Virus record (IMG/VR): IMGVR_UViG_3300028584_001238
Reading direction: 5' to 3' (one strand)
From: a virus
DNA length: 64,000 nt
The notes under the pieces were generated by a model. The model saw only the letters and a program-made list of their open reading frames with translations, was not told the DNA's origin and made no database searches. Every line of letters begins with the position of its first letter. Positions within the stretch are counted from its first letter, which is position 1. Of this stretch, positions 39,753-49,866 are shown piece after piece. Both the position numbers and the translations under genes were made by a program.

Positions 39753-41217
39753 ATAATTTGTAGTTTTGTTTGTTAACATACGTTTGAGATTCCTTTGCAA
39801 TCTGCTGTAAACGAATATCGTTCACTTTTGACAAATCGTATTCTAAACCATCTATATGAACTTTTTGTTTAATAGGATCAATGACTGTTCTTGAAATAAT
39901 TGGATTTTTTTCAACACTGTCATGAATATTTTTAGTTGTTTTAGCAACATCTCCACCATTATCTCTAAACATTAAAGTACTTACTGCGTCAAATTGCATA
40001 TGATCTTTCATTTCTTTTTCTATCTTTTTAGCAAAACTTTCAATACGGGAATCAATATTATCAGCCGTTATTATTTTACTATTAAACATATAGCGACCAG
40101 TAATTTTAACAGCTACAGCATCATATAAATCCAAGTTTCTATCGGCTTTTAAATCGTTAAATATGCTTTTTTTGTCAAGTGTTATTCCCATCTTATCTAA
40201 CAAAGCCTGATGATTTTGTTTAACATTTTCTTTGAATAAAGTATCTGTCAAAATATAAGAAAATTCAGAAATGTCATCGACTTTCATTTTTAATAAATCG
40301 GGGTTGTCGTTAATGACTTTCTTTAACTCAGTAATAGCATATGAGTCATTATGTCCATAATCTCTATCTTTCAAAGACATCACTCGCACTTTTATAAGCA
40401 TGTCAGCAGCCTCGTTAAATTCTTGAAGACTTTTTGATTCAACACCGATCATGGTCAATGAAGTAATATCAGAATGAACTTCAGCTTGTAAAACATCTAA
40501 AGTGCCACCCAATCGGTCAGCTTGTCTAAAAGCTCCGTGTGCAAATTCATGATACACAATATATTTAGTCATTAATTCCTTATTAGCAATATTTCCGTAG
40601 AGTGCAAAATCTTGAGAATCCGCTTCGTTAAAATACATTTTCTGTGGACTGTTATCAACCAATAACATAGCATTTTCATGAGTTGCTTGAAATGAATATG
40701 GATTGGGGAAAAAAAATCTATTACTGTGTTCGTTTGTTACATTTACTTCGACATAATTACCTTTCCAGAAAGGGTTTTCAAAGACTTTAACAGTTCCACT
40801 GGCTTCTTTGGCTAACTCTTTAATACTAGCAGCATTTATTTTGTGAATTTCATGACCTATATAACTATGGTTCTGAATAGTATTACCTAGTTTAACATTC
40901 TCTTTAAAACTTTGTATTTTAGAATACATGTCCATGCCACGGTTATTGATCAAATTGGAATCAAGCTTATTTTTCATTTGTTCTATAACGACAGGATTAT
41001 TAAAGGTGGGTGCAGTAGCTATATCATTGACTGAAATGGAATTGGCAGCAATGTTAAAAATAGACGCTCCTAATAAGCCATACAAAATACCCTTGTTTTG
41101 CTCAAGATAAGAACCAAAATCATAAAGTAAGCCTTTAGTGATTTTAAAGTCTTCTGTTTGATAAAGTCTGTCATCGAAGTCTTCTTTTATATTATTAAGT
41201 TTTTGAAAGTTGTCCAT
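39751..41217 (-). CDS. HExxH zinc metallopeptidase-like protein
   Basis: YIVYHEFAHG plus downstream AEVHSD; N-terminal hydrophobic segment; basic tail. Confidence 0.65.
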   Translation of the reverse strand: MDNFQKLNNIKEDFDDRLYQTEDFKITKGLLYDFGSYLEQNKGILYGLLGASIFNIAANSISVNDIATAPTFNNPVVIEQMKNKLDSNLINNRGMDMYSKIQSFKENVKLGNTIQNHSYIGHEIHKINAASIKELAKEASGTVKVFENPFWKGNYVEVNVTNEHSNRFFFPNPYSFQATHENAMLLVDNSPQKMYFNEADSQDFALYGNIANKELMTKYIVYHEFAHGAFRQADRLGGTLDVLQAEVHSDITSLTMIGVESKSLQEFNEAADMLIKVRVMSLKDRDYGHNDSYAITELKKVINDNPDLLKMKVDDISEFSYILTDTLFKENVKQNHQALLDKMGITLDKKSIFNDLKADRNLDLYDAVAVKITGRYMFNSKIITADNIDSRIESFAKKIEKEMKDHMQFDAVSTLMFRDNGGDVAKTTKNIHDSVEKNPIISRTVIDPIKQKVHIDGLEYDLSKVNDIRLQQIAKESQTYVNKQNYKL

Positions 41218-41390
41218 TGATAATAAATTATTGTTATTTATTTATATTATATCATATAATTTAAATATTTACTTTTATCAGTGTAAATTAAATATAGAGT
41301 GTTTAAAAATAGGATAATATAATAAATAAAAATTGAATTGGTCGTTTTAAATGGTAAGCTTTTTTAATCAATAATTAAAAAGGAGTTTAC

Positions 41391-41810
41391 ATGTTTCACT
41401 TGGTTATCGCAGTTATGGCAATTATTATGGTTCTTGTTTTGTCTTTTGCAACACTTTACCATGCAGCTCCAGATAGGTTACCTGAATTTATAGCTTTACT
41501 TGTGGGATTCATTATACTTTCTAGCATTTCTTCTTTTTGTCAGAATAAGTTCAATGCAAGAAAATATAAAAAAGTAATTGAATTAAAAAAGAAAAAAATA
41601 AAAATGTTAAGAAATGATGAAATTCAAAATTATGTTGTGGACGCTCTTGTTAAACATGAATTAGATGCCAGCCATGTCAGAGAGTTGTTAAGTGTATTAA
41701 CAATAGGAAAGATTAAGAAAGCAGAATTAGAAAAAGAGATCATAATTGCATACAGAAAAAAATTAGGTTATGAAACAAATGAAATATTAGTAACAAGTCA
41801 CAAACACTAA
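41391..41810 (+). CDS. membrane protein with a pilin-like N-terminal helix
   Basis: MFHLVIAVMAIIMVLVLSFATLY followed by a second TM segment. Confidence 0.6.
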   Translation: MFHLVIAVMAIIMVLVLSFATLYHAAPDRLPEFIALLVGFIILSSISSFCQNKFNARKYKKVIELKKKKIKMLRNDEIQNYVVDALVKHELDASHVRELLSVLTIGKIKKAELEKEIIIAYRKKLGYETNEILVTSHKH

Positions 41811-41880
41811 TTAAAAAAAAATAGAGTACAAAAGAAAAAACCCCAAGAAGGGGTTTTTTTGTTTATGACTCAATCAAGAC

Positions 41881-42000
41881 TTACTTGCGAGATTTTTTCT
41901 CATGACGTGCCCATTCACGCTCGATCTGGGCTGCAACTTCCGAATCACGCTTACGGTAAGCCAGTTCAATTTCACGTTTTACTTTTTCGCTTTGTGCCAT
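41881..42000 (-). CDS. 39-aa charged helical peptide, paralog of 5768..5893
   Basis: MAQSEKVKREIELAYRKRDSEVAAQIEREWARHEKKSRK; GGAGA RBS, TTGACA...CATAAT promoter, terminator at about 41835-41860. Confidence 0.75.
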   Translation of the reverse strand: MAQSEKVKREIELAYRKRDSEVAAQIEREWARHEKKSRK

Positions 42001-42370
42001 GTTGTAGATCTCCAATTCTATTTAAGTTTGTTTGTTGCGGGTTAAGTCTATCTCTATTATGCTTTTTTGTCAATATTATTTTAAAAATTTACATCTCTAA
42101 ATACTCCAATATCAAGTTAATAAATAGTTCAAGATGTCGTAAAGTGTTCTATTGAACTGCTTGCCTACAAGCTGGTTTGTGGCGACTAGCATTTACGACC
42201 TTCGGTGTTTTCAACCTTTATTTAGTGCCTTTGTTTAAGTGTTTGTATTCTATCAATGTTTTTTGAAATTGGCAACAACTTTTTTTGATTTTTTAATGCT
42301 TTTTAGTATAAAGAAAAAGCTGGATTTTAAAATAAATTTGTGATAATGTATAAGGTCTTTGGAGAACATT

Positions 42371-43225
42371 ATGTCAAGACATAAAATAACAATAAATTTC
42401 ATTAGTGGCCTTAACTGGGGTGAAGAAGATCTTTTGTTTGGGATGCCGTCACCTTCACATTTTTGGAATAATACAAAACAAAGTTTAAGCCAAATTGTCA
42501 ACCAAAATGGTGTGCAGCCAAGAGCTAAATCAACATTTTCATTACCTATACTAAATATGCCACCTATGCAGTCAATGAACATGACGCTATTTGATTCTTG
42601 GATTGATTCCTTTCCTAAATTCAATAGCTATCCAAAAAATGAAAAAAAATATAAACATCTAACGGATCTCAATCTTACAAATTTTAAAGAATTTTTGTAC
42701 AACAACGAGTTTGTTGTCATCACCGAAGATGAGGCTACGATTATTGAACTGTTAGACAGTTCAGTTGACAATGAAGATATGACAGTCCATTTAAGTTTTG
42801 TAAACGATAAAGAAAAGCTTTTTGCGAACAAGAAAACATTCGTAAAAAATATTAATAATGAATTGGTTTACTACTTCGATAATTTAAAACCAAGCGTTAT
42901 CGAATGTAAAAATTCTGATATTATCATTAGTAATAATGTGTTTAATTATGAAACAAAACAGAGCTATATGGAACTCCATTATTACAAAGAACTTGGTGTA
43001 TGGGTCAGACTAATCAAAAACCCAGTGGCTGAAAGAATCGTACCAGCTATTGTAGTAACTGATCTTGATGACCATCCACTTGAAGTCCACTGTTATTATA
43101 AAAATAAGTATATTTCAAATGATCTATTAAATGAATTGAAACCAAACATATTAAAAGAAGATTTTAGATCTACAGATTATTTTACAGTGAGAGATATTGA
43201 ATTTTTAGATATGATCTTAATTTAG
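42371..43225 (+). CDS. hypothetical protein with C-terminal MxxI tag (RIVPAI family)
   Basis: Paralog of 43238, 47201 and 59532; ends FLDMILI. Confidence 0.85.
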   Translation: MSRHKITINFISGLNWGEEDLLFGMPSPSHFWNNTKQSLSQIVNQNGVQPRAKSTFSLPILNMPPMQSMNMTLFDSWIDSFPKFNSYPKNEKKYKHLTDLNLTNFKEFLYNNEFVVITEDEATIIELLDSSVDNEDMTVHLSFVNDKEKLFANKKTFVKNINNELVYYFDNLKPSVIECKNSDIIISNNVFNYETKQSYMELHYYKELGVWVRLIKNPVAERIVPAIVVTDLDDHPLEVHCYYKNKYISNDLLNELKPNILKEDFRSTDYFTVRDIEFLDMILI

Positions 43226-43237
43226 AAGGAAATAAAA

Positions 43238-44143
43238 ATGACACGACATACAATCAGAGTTAAAAATATCTTCAAGACCGATTGGGAAAGTGATGTAGAT
43301 CTTTTACAACTCCATCAAATTGCTGACAAATTTATAAACAGCTCTATCAGTAGTAACATCGGCAACAATATAAATGCTTTAAACATAGGAAATGTAGCTA
43401 ATGTATTTGCTCAAAACAATCCATTAAAATCATTGTTAGGGCCAATTTACTACCAAAACACAAGCTTGTTTAAAAGAAACGCGGATAAAAAACCAGAATA
43501 TAAACACTATCCTGAAATTGAGCCAAGCGTCAAATACATTAAAGATGTCATGGTTGACGATCTACAAGAGATTTTGTTCAGTCGTAACTTCATTAGTTTA
43601 AATAGCGAGAAGTACGAGGCATTGAATTCTTGCATAGATAATATTATTGATGACAATACAATGATAGTAAACATTGATATCGACAACATAGATAAATATG
43701 ACAAAGAATGTGAAGAAAAAGAACATCATTATATCTTGTCTAAAAAAGTATTCCTGAAACAAGTTGATAACAAGATTGATTACTACTTTGATGAAAACAC
43801 ACCTAGCATTATTGAATTCAAAGATTCTAACGTTATTTTGGCTCATGAAGAAGATATAAAAGATACTGGTTCAAAAAAATCCTATATGGCACTGTATCAT
43901 TACACGAAATTAAATGTAATAGTCCACTTGACGGTTAATCCAGACGAATCAAGAATAGTGCCTGCAATTATTATTTATGATATGGATAACAAACCACTAG
44001 AAGTGCATTGCTATTACAAAAATGAATACATTACACCTGACTTAATGGAATTATTAAAACCAAATATATTGATGGAAGATTTTAAAAATAAAGATTATTT
44101 CAGTAAAAAAGAAATGGATTTCTTAGATATGTTAAACATTTAA
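43238..44143 (+). CDS. hypothetical protein with C-terminal MxxI tag (RIVPAI family)
   Basis: Ends FLDMLNI. Confidence 0.85.
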   Translation: MTRHTIRVKNIFKTDWESDVDLLQLHQIADKFINSSISSNIGNNINALNIGNVANVFAQNNPLKSLLGPIYYQNTSLFKRNADKKPEYKHYPEIEPSVKYIKDVMVDDLQEILFSRNFISLNSEKYEALNSCIDNIIDDNTMIVNIDIDNIDKYDKECEEKEHHYILSKKVFLKQVDNKIDYYFDENTPSIIEFKDSNVILAHEEDIKDTGSKKSYMALYHYTKLNVIVHLTVNPDESRIVPAIIIYDMDNKPLEVHCYYKNEYITPDLMELLKPNILMEDFKNKDYFSKKEMDFLDMLNI

Positions 44144-44193
44144 AAAAAGAAGCCTGAAATCAATCAGGCTTTTTTGTATCTGCTTTTTAATGA

Positions 44194-45012
44194 TTAAGAC
44201 AGTGCTTCAATGGATTTTTTAAAATGCTCAATGTCCTTATTGATTTTTGCAATGGCAAATCGCTTGCACTCATCTTTATCAATAAAGACAAAAGTATCAC
44301 TGTAACCTGTTTCAAAATACTGATTAACATTAGTCTCATCATTGTATTGTTTAAAATCACGAGTAGAAATCATGCCATCTACCTTATCACCAGAAAGGTT
44401 TCTAAAAGCTACCTCCATAGAAATAACATTGTCTTTATCAACAGAAACCTCGATACTAGATGGTATAACTTCAATCACTTCACTGTGTTTATTAACGCTA
44501 TTAGAATGTTTAAATTGATAATAGACTTTATCATTTTCAAAATAAGTCACAGGCAAATGAAACTGCTCAGGAAGATACTTAGTGTAAAGGTTAAAATCAA
44601 TCTCAGAATTCAGATTGTTACGAACCAATTCTAAATTACTACGAGCAAGATCATTTTTTACAAGAAAATCGTAAACATTTTGACTCGCCTCTGGTTTAAG
44701 CCATCCTTTACGATAAAAGAAAAGCTCCCATTTGCTAGCGAATTTTTTCGACATCAAATCACTGTTGATAATAGTTTTATGCGAATTAATAGTCACTTTG
44801 GCTTGGAGTGAACCACAGGCTTCTTCAAAATCCATACTTTCATCATCATCAAAAATAGAATGATATTGACCAAGTTTTTCAACAATCTCATACCCAAAAC
44901 GATTATTAGAGCTTTCTAAAATAAAATAGTGTCCAAACTTAGCAATAGCTTCTTGTTTAGAAATGGATGTGTAATTTTGCATGAAGGAAATCTCCTGTTT
45001 TAATAATGGCAT
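44194..45012 (-). CDS. hypothetical protein
   Basis: Likely start MQNYTS after AGGAG. Confidence 0.8.
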   Translation of the reverse strand: MPLLKQEISFMQNYTSISKQEAIAKFGHYFILESSNNRFGYEIVEKLGQYHSIFDDDESMDFEEACGSLQAKVTINSHKTIINSDLMSKKFASKWELFFYRKGWLKPEASQNVYDFLVKNDLARSNLELVRNNLNSEIDFNLYTKYLPEQFHLPVTYFENDKVYYQFKHSNSVNKHSEVIEVIPSSIEVSVDKDNVISMEVAFRNLSGDKVDGMISTRDFKQYNDETNVNQYFETGYSDTFVFIDKDECKRFAIAKINKDIEHFKKSIEALS

Positions 45013-45069
45013 TATACCACAAAAACAATAAAAACAAAAGATGTTTTCAAGAACAACGAAGTGTAATGA

Positions 45070-45333
45070 TTACTTATATTGACGTGTTACATTTTTATCA
45101 TAAAAGCGGATGTGTTTGCTGTCATAGCAATCAAGGTGCTGATAACCTAAGAAGGCACTGCAAGATGGGCATTTAAAGTCCATATAGCTATTACCACAAC
45201 AACCCCAGCCAGAAACAAATGCCAACTGAGCTTGGTCGATGATATCTTCTGGAGAGACAAAAATGTTATTTTTGGAATTTCGATATTGATTGAACTGCAG
45301 CATATAAGGGTTTCTAACTGTCCATTCATTCTC
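45070..45333 (-). pseudogene. 3' part of a Cys-rich gene interrupted by the IS element
   Basis: Frame open up to the IS boundary (ENEWTVRNPYMLQF...GCCG...CPSC...DC); 5' part at 46642..46850. Confidence 0.6.
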
Positions 45334-45334
45334 T

Positions 45335-46641
45335 GTTCAAACCTGATCATTTACTTTTTTTGCTCTTGACTTTATTCTATTTAGTTCTATAATTATCTGA
45401 ATTAAATAGGGTTATTGATGATTAAATCTCATAAAATTGAACTGAAGCCAAATAAGTCTCAACTGACTTATTTAAGCCAATCTGCTGGTACAGCTAGATT
45501 TGCTTATAATTGGGCTTTGTCTCAATGGATAGATGATTATGAATATTATCAAAAACATCCTTTTTCTTGTTCCATTTCTCCCGCTTCAACTCGTTATGAA
45601 GGTGAATTAAGAAAACGTCTAAACTCCATTAAAAAGAAAGAATTTCCTTGGATGTACAACGTTTCCAAATACGCACCACAACAAGCTATAAAAAATTTAG
45701 GTGCTGCGTTTGTCAATTTCTTTGCTAAACGTGCTCAATTTCCTAAATTTAAAAATAAATATCATCACGATTCTTTTGAAATTGGCAATGATCAATTAAA
45801 AGTTGATGGTCGGTATTTAATCATTCCTAAGTTAAAACCGATTAAAATGAAAGAATCATTACGATTTAATGGTTCTATCAAAATTGCTGTTCTGTCCAGA
45901 ACGGCAGGTAAATGGTTCGTGTCTCTTTCTATTGAAGTTGATGACGAATCCATTGTTCATAGCAAAAACCACGCTATTGGTATAGATCTTGGTATTAAAG
46001 CATTTGCAACGTACTTTGATGGTGTTAAGCATTGGAATTCTCCAACGCTTAAACCTTATCGAATATTGCAAAATAGAATTAAAGTCCTTTCAAGACAACT
46101 TTCAAGAAAGGAAAAAGGTTCTAACAATCGTTATAAAGCAAGAGTTAAATTGGCTAAATTACATTCACGTATTGCCAATATTCGTAAAGACTATTTACAT
46201 AAACTCACTCACTTTTTAACGAACAACTACTCTATTATTGGTATTGAAACACTTGACGTAAAAACTATGTCTAAGAATAGACTTCTCTCAAAGTCTATTC
46301 TTGATGCAGGATTTTATGAATTTTCAAGACAATTACAATATAAGTCTAATTTATATGGATCAACAATAATTAAAGCCGATAAGTTTTATCCATCGACAAA
46401 ACTCTGTTCAAAATGTAATTATAAATTAGCCACACTAAGTTTAAGTGTTAGAGCTTGGACATGTCCAAGCTGTAATACTTACCATGATAGAGATGAAAAT
46501 GCTTCCACGAATTTATATAATTATGCTGTTAGTTCAACAGTGAAAGTTTGTGGAGAGATGGTATAAATAAGCGATTATTTATACCACTTATTGAAGCAAG
46601 AAATTAATGATGATCAGATTTGATCAGATTTTTTAGAACGG
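45335..46641 (+). mobile_element. non-autonomous IS607-like element (tnpB only); boundaries approximate to a few bp
   Basis: Left end TCAAACCTGATCA is the inverse of the right-end TGATCAGATT repeats; right end ...AGAACGG; no tnpA; splits a gene. Confidence 0.7.
45415..46566 (+). CDS. tnpB: TnpB RNA-guided endonuclease (IS200/IS605/IS607 family)
   Basis: N-terminal ARFAYNWAL, RuvC-I GIDLG, RuvC-II IETL, Zn ribbon CSKC/CPSC, RuvC-III HDRDENA. Confidence 0.95.
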   Translation: MMIKSHKIELKPNKSQLTYLSQSAGTARFAYNWALSQWIDDYEYYQKHPFSCSISPASTRYEGELRKRLNSIKKKEFPWMYNVSKYAPQQAIKNLGAAFVNFFAKRAQFPKFKNKYHHDSFEIGNDQLKVDGRYLIIPKLKPIKMKESLRFNGSIKIAVLSRTAGKWFVSLSIEVDDESIVHSKNHAIGIDLGIKAFATYFDGVKHWNSPTLKPYRILQNRIKVLSRQLSRKEKGSNNRYKARVKLAKLHSRIANIRKDYLHKLTHFLTNNYSIIGIETLDVKTMSKNRLLSKSILDAGFYEFSRQLQYKSNLYGSTIIKADKFYPSTKLCSKCNYKLATLSLSVRAWTCPSCNTYHDRDENASTNLYNYAVSSTVKVCGEMV

Positions 46642-46850
46642 TTCGCATGTTTCAATAACGCAAATGTTCCTTTCTTGATCGAATAAGTTGGATTGGGATC
46701 ATATTCACAGCCTTCTTCAAAACGTGCAGCTACAATAACAGAACCATCAACAGGAATTTCATTGACGATAACTGGATCTTTTACAAAGTCTTTAACTGGA
46801 TAAAGATCGTTGGTCAGAATAGTGTTACATTTTTTACAAGCCAAACGCAT
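46642..46850 (-). pseudogene. 5' part of the Cys-rich gene interrupted by the IS element
   Basis: MRLACKKC...; reads into the IS right end and stops there. Confidence 0.6.
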
Positions 46851-46879
46851 TAGTGTTAATCCTCATTTTCAATACAACC

Positions 46880-47140
46880 TTACCAACCAGTATTATCTTT
46901 ATCAAAAGTATTAGCTTCACGCCGCTTAGTCTCTGTTCTGGACTCTTCCAGATTGATTTCAGCGATAGTAGCATAAATGTTTTCTCCACATTCAAGACAG
47001 ATTTCGGTAAAGTCTTGAACTTTCTTGTGTTTACAATTAGCAAATCTCTCAGCTCTTGTAGACATTTTAAATGCTCCTGTATTGGATAATTGCCTAATTA
47101 TAACATTTTTAATAATTTGCGTCAAGATTAAGATAAACAA
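46880..47140 (-). CDS. small CxxC protein
   Basis: Likely start MSTRAE after AGGAG; CKH...CLECG. Confidence 0.6.
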   Translation of the reverse strand: MFILILTQIIKNVIIRQLSNTGAFKMSTRAERFANCKHKKVQDFTEICLECGENIYATIAEINLEESRTETKRREANTFDKDNTGW

Positions 47141-47200
47141 TGATACTAATGGACTTTATTTTTGAATTATGATATTATTTAAAATATTTTGGAGATATTC

Positions 47201-48097
47201 ATGTCTAAACACACTGTCATTAAAAATATTTCGCTAGTCACTTATGAATCTCCTATTGAATTCATAGCTGACGATGGGACAGTAACAATACCAATACAGC
47301 CAAGCGAACCGTCTGAAAGAGAAATATATGTTTCATCTGAGAACAAATATGAAGAACTTAAAGAAAATCATGAAATAAGATTACCCTTGGTAATGAATGA
47401 AGATATTAATATTGAAGATGAATTAAACAATATCATACCAAGATATAAGCAATATATTCCTGTAAACAGAAAAATTAAATATAAAGAAAATATTGATGCC
47501 TTTGCATTTAAAGATCTGTTGTTTGGTGACAGTCTAACAGCCGTCAATCATGAATACTATGATCATATTAATCAACTTCTAGAGTTGGTAGTAGACAACG
47601 AAGCAATGATGGTGAGACTGAAATTTAATGATGTTCTTGTCAACAACAAGAATGGTATATTATTGTCTGAAAAAACATTCACAAAATTAGAGGATGGTAA
47701 AGTATCCTATTACTACGATGAAAACACACCCAGTATTATCGAATATAAAAATGCTACGTTCATTCCCATGCATAGTCATTTTTTCATGAGAGCCTTTCAT
47801 GAAGATTTAAGCGACAATAAAAATAAAGAACATTATTTGAAGTGCTATCATTATTTTAATTTAAACATCATTGTCTACATACATGTCAACTTTAGCCAAA
47901 AAAAGATAACACCCGCCATTATAATAACGGATGAAAATCACAAGCCAACAGAAATTCATTATTTTTACAAAAAAAAGTATGTGCCTGCTGCATTAATAGA
48001 TCAGATAAAACCTAATTTACTGAACGAAAATTTTAAAGAAGACGGGTATTTTGATCAGAGAGATATTGATTTCTTAGACATGGTAATGTTTAAATAG
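47201..48097 (+). CDS. hypothetical protein (RIVPAI family), variant tag
   Basis: Paralog of 42371 and 43238; ends FLDMVMFK. Confidence 0.85.
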   Translation: MSKHTVIKNISLVTYESPIEFIADDGTVTIPIQPSEPSEREIYVSSENKYEELKENHEIRLPLVMNEDINIEDELNNIIPRYKQYIPVNRKIKYKENIDAFAFKDLLFGDSLTAVNHEYYDHINQLLELVVDNEAMMVRLKFNDVLVNNKNGILLSEKTFTKLEDGKVSYYYDENTPSIIEYKNATFIPMHSHFFMRAFHEDLSDNKNKEHYLKCYHYFNLNIIVYIHVNFSQKKITPAIIITDENHKPTEIHYFYKKKYVPAALIDQIKPNLLNENFKEDGYFDQRDIDFLDMVMFK

Positions 48098-48144
48098 AAA
48101 AGCCAAACTTTAAGGTCTGGCTAGTTTAGTGGTTGACATAATGG

Positions 48145-48603
48145 TTAGTCACCATATTTTTTATCAATATATTCCTCTAGGTGTTTACGATCAAGTGATA
48201 GTTTTTCCAAATATTTACTATCAACAATACCTTTTTCAATATCTGATTTAATGCAACGTGCGTCAGCCTTAATAGCTTCATCATCACCTGAAATTACACA
48301 ATCACAGACATGATTAAGGTGATTAACTCGATAATTCAAGTTAAAGAACTTAATGAATGTTAAATGTTGTTTGGCGAAGTTAAAAAGAATGAAGAGAGCG
48401 AGAAGTCCCAGTGCTATCCAGAGATATGGAAATGGGTTTCCGAAGACAGAACGTTGAATGAGATATCCAAAAATAACGAAGAAGAAGATACCTGCTTGCC
48501 ATCTTAATCTTGTCTTGTTGTGACAAGCTACCAGTTTAAAGAACTCTTTGTTGTCACTTTCTAGAACGTCCTCAATAAGCAATTGATTAAAAGTCTTAGA
48601 CAT
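48145..48603 (-). CDS. membrane protein
   Basis: Two TM segments; GGAGG RBS. Confidence 0.75.
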   Translation of the reverse strand: MSKTFNQLLIEDVLESDNKEFFKLVACHNKTRLRWQAGIFFFVIFGYLIQRSVFGNPFPYLWIALGLLALFILFNFAKQHLTFIKFFNLNYRVNHLNHVCDCVISGDDEAIKADARCIKSDIEKGIVDSKYLEKLSLDRKHLEEYIDKKYGD

Positions 48604-48720
48604 ATTGTGCCTCCATAGGAGTAGTTATCCTTAATTACATTTTATGCCTCTGGATAGCATTGTCAAATTTAAAGGGAAACAAAAAAGCCTCTGAAGAGGC
48701 TTTTTCTAGCATTTAATGAA

Positions 48721-48909
48721 TTAACCGAGAGCAACACGCTGCAGGTCTTTCTCTGCAACAGTCTTCGACTCACCTGTATTAATCTCGCTGAGCATATACT
48801 GAACCACACCATCTTCTTTATAAGAAGCCGACACACGACCAGTCCAACCATCACGAGTTTTTACAAGTTCTTTCGGGCCAAATTTACGAGCATTAGGGGT
48901 AGTTGTCAT
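48721..48909 (-). CDS. small SH3-like hypothetical protein
   Basis: 62 aa with its own promoter and terminator (48681-48705). Confidence 0.65.
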   Translation of the reverse strand: MTTTPNARKFGPKELVKTRDGWTGRVSASYKEDGVVQYMLSEINTGESKTVAEKDLQRVALG

Positions 48910-49038
48910 TGTTTAAAACTCCAAGTGTTATTTGATTTGAGATTGAATTATAGCAAATTTTAGACAGCAGGTAAAGCTTTTTTTGTGTGTTGTTTTTTAA
49001 CTGAGTCATTATACGATACACAACCATTAAAAAAAAAT

Positions 49039-49857
49039 TTAAATATCAACCATCTGAAAGACTAGCAGTTCATCAATAAGACGCTGACGTTGTTCACCTG
49101 TGTAGATGTCTAAAAACATCTTTTTTAATTGAGCAAAACACTTCATGTCTTTAAAATTAACACTGTCTCGAACAAAAGAGTTTACAAATTCAGATTCTTT
49201 GGTATAGGCCGCATTCGCAAAATGGATAAACAATGTTTCATCACTGGCTGAAAGTATTTTATTATCAAATTTCAAGTAGTCATCATTCTCATCATCAATA
49301 ATTTGACTGGATTCAACTTTATTTTTCTTTATCGTGTATTCGATGTGAAACCTGTTACGAGTTGTTTTAACAAAATAATGCTGAAATTTAAAAACATTTT
49401 TTGTGAACACTGTGTAAGTAGTCTCATCTCGAGATGTTCTCAAATAAAAAGAACTTATTCCAATGCTAGGTTTATACATATTTAATAAAGCAAACAAACT
49501 AGAATTCTCTGTTTTTTGAAATGTGATTTCATATGTGTTGTAAGATAAAGGCCACCTAGAATATTCACTATAAAATTCAGCAGAAATTCTAACGGGTATC
49601 AATGTATCACCCAACATAAACGCCGTATCAATAAAAATAAAAGGACGTGAAGGATTATCATTCTTACTAAATTTATTTTCTGTTTCTACGATTTTTAAAT
49701 TGTTAACCAAATAGTCCATCGTAATTTCACTATTGTTATTAAGTTTAAGTAGCATCACGATCAATTTTTTAGTGAAAGATACTACCTGTTTTTCAGTTAA
49801 TGAAGTTTTCAAAGAACTAATATTAAATTTTTCAAAAAGAAACATGTCGCTAATCAT
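49039..49857 (-). CDS. hypothetical protein with C-terminal MxxI tag (NNN family)
   Basis: LLKLNNNSEITMDYL; ends VFQMVDI. Confidence 0.8.
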   Translation of the reverse strand: MISDMFLFEKFNISSLKTSLTEKQVVSFTKKLIVMLLKLNNNSEITMDYLVNNLKIVETENKFSKNDNPSRPFIFIDTAFMLGDTLIPVRISAEFYSEYSRWPLSYNTYEITFQKTENSSLFALLNMYKPSIGISSFYLRTSRDETTYTVFTKNVFKFQHYFVKTTRNRFHIEYTIKKNKVESSQIIDDENDDYLKFDNKILSASDETLFIHFANAAYTKESEFVNSFVRDSVNFKDMKCFAQLKKMFLDIYTGEQRQRLIDELLVFQMVDI

Positions 49858-49866
49858 AATAATCTC

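Noticed and set aside
42136-42199. Hammerhead ribozyme
   Set aside because: A three-way junction is present, but the CUGAnGA and GAAA core motifs are absent on both strands
45415-46566. Cas12-type CRISPR effector
   Set aside because: Size and motifs fit TnpB with IS ends; no repeat-spacer array or cas genes seen in the window
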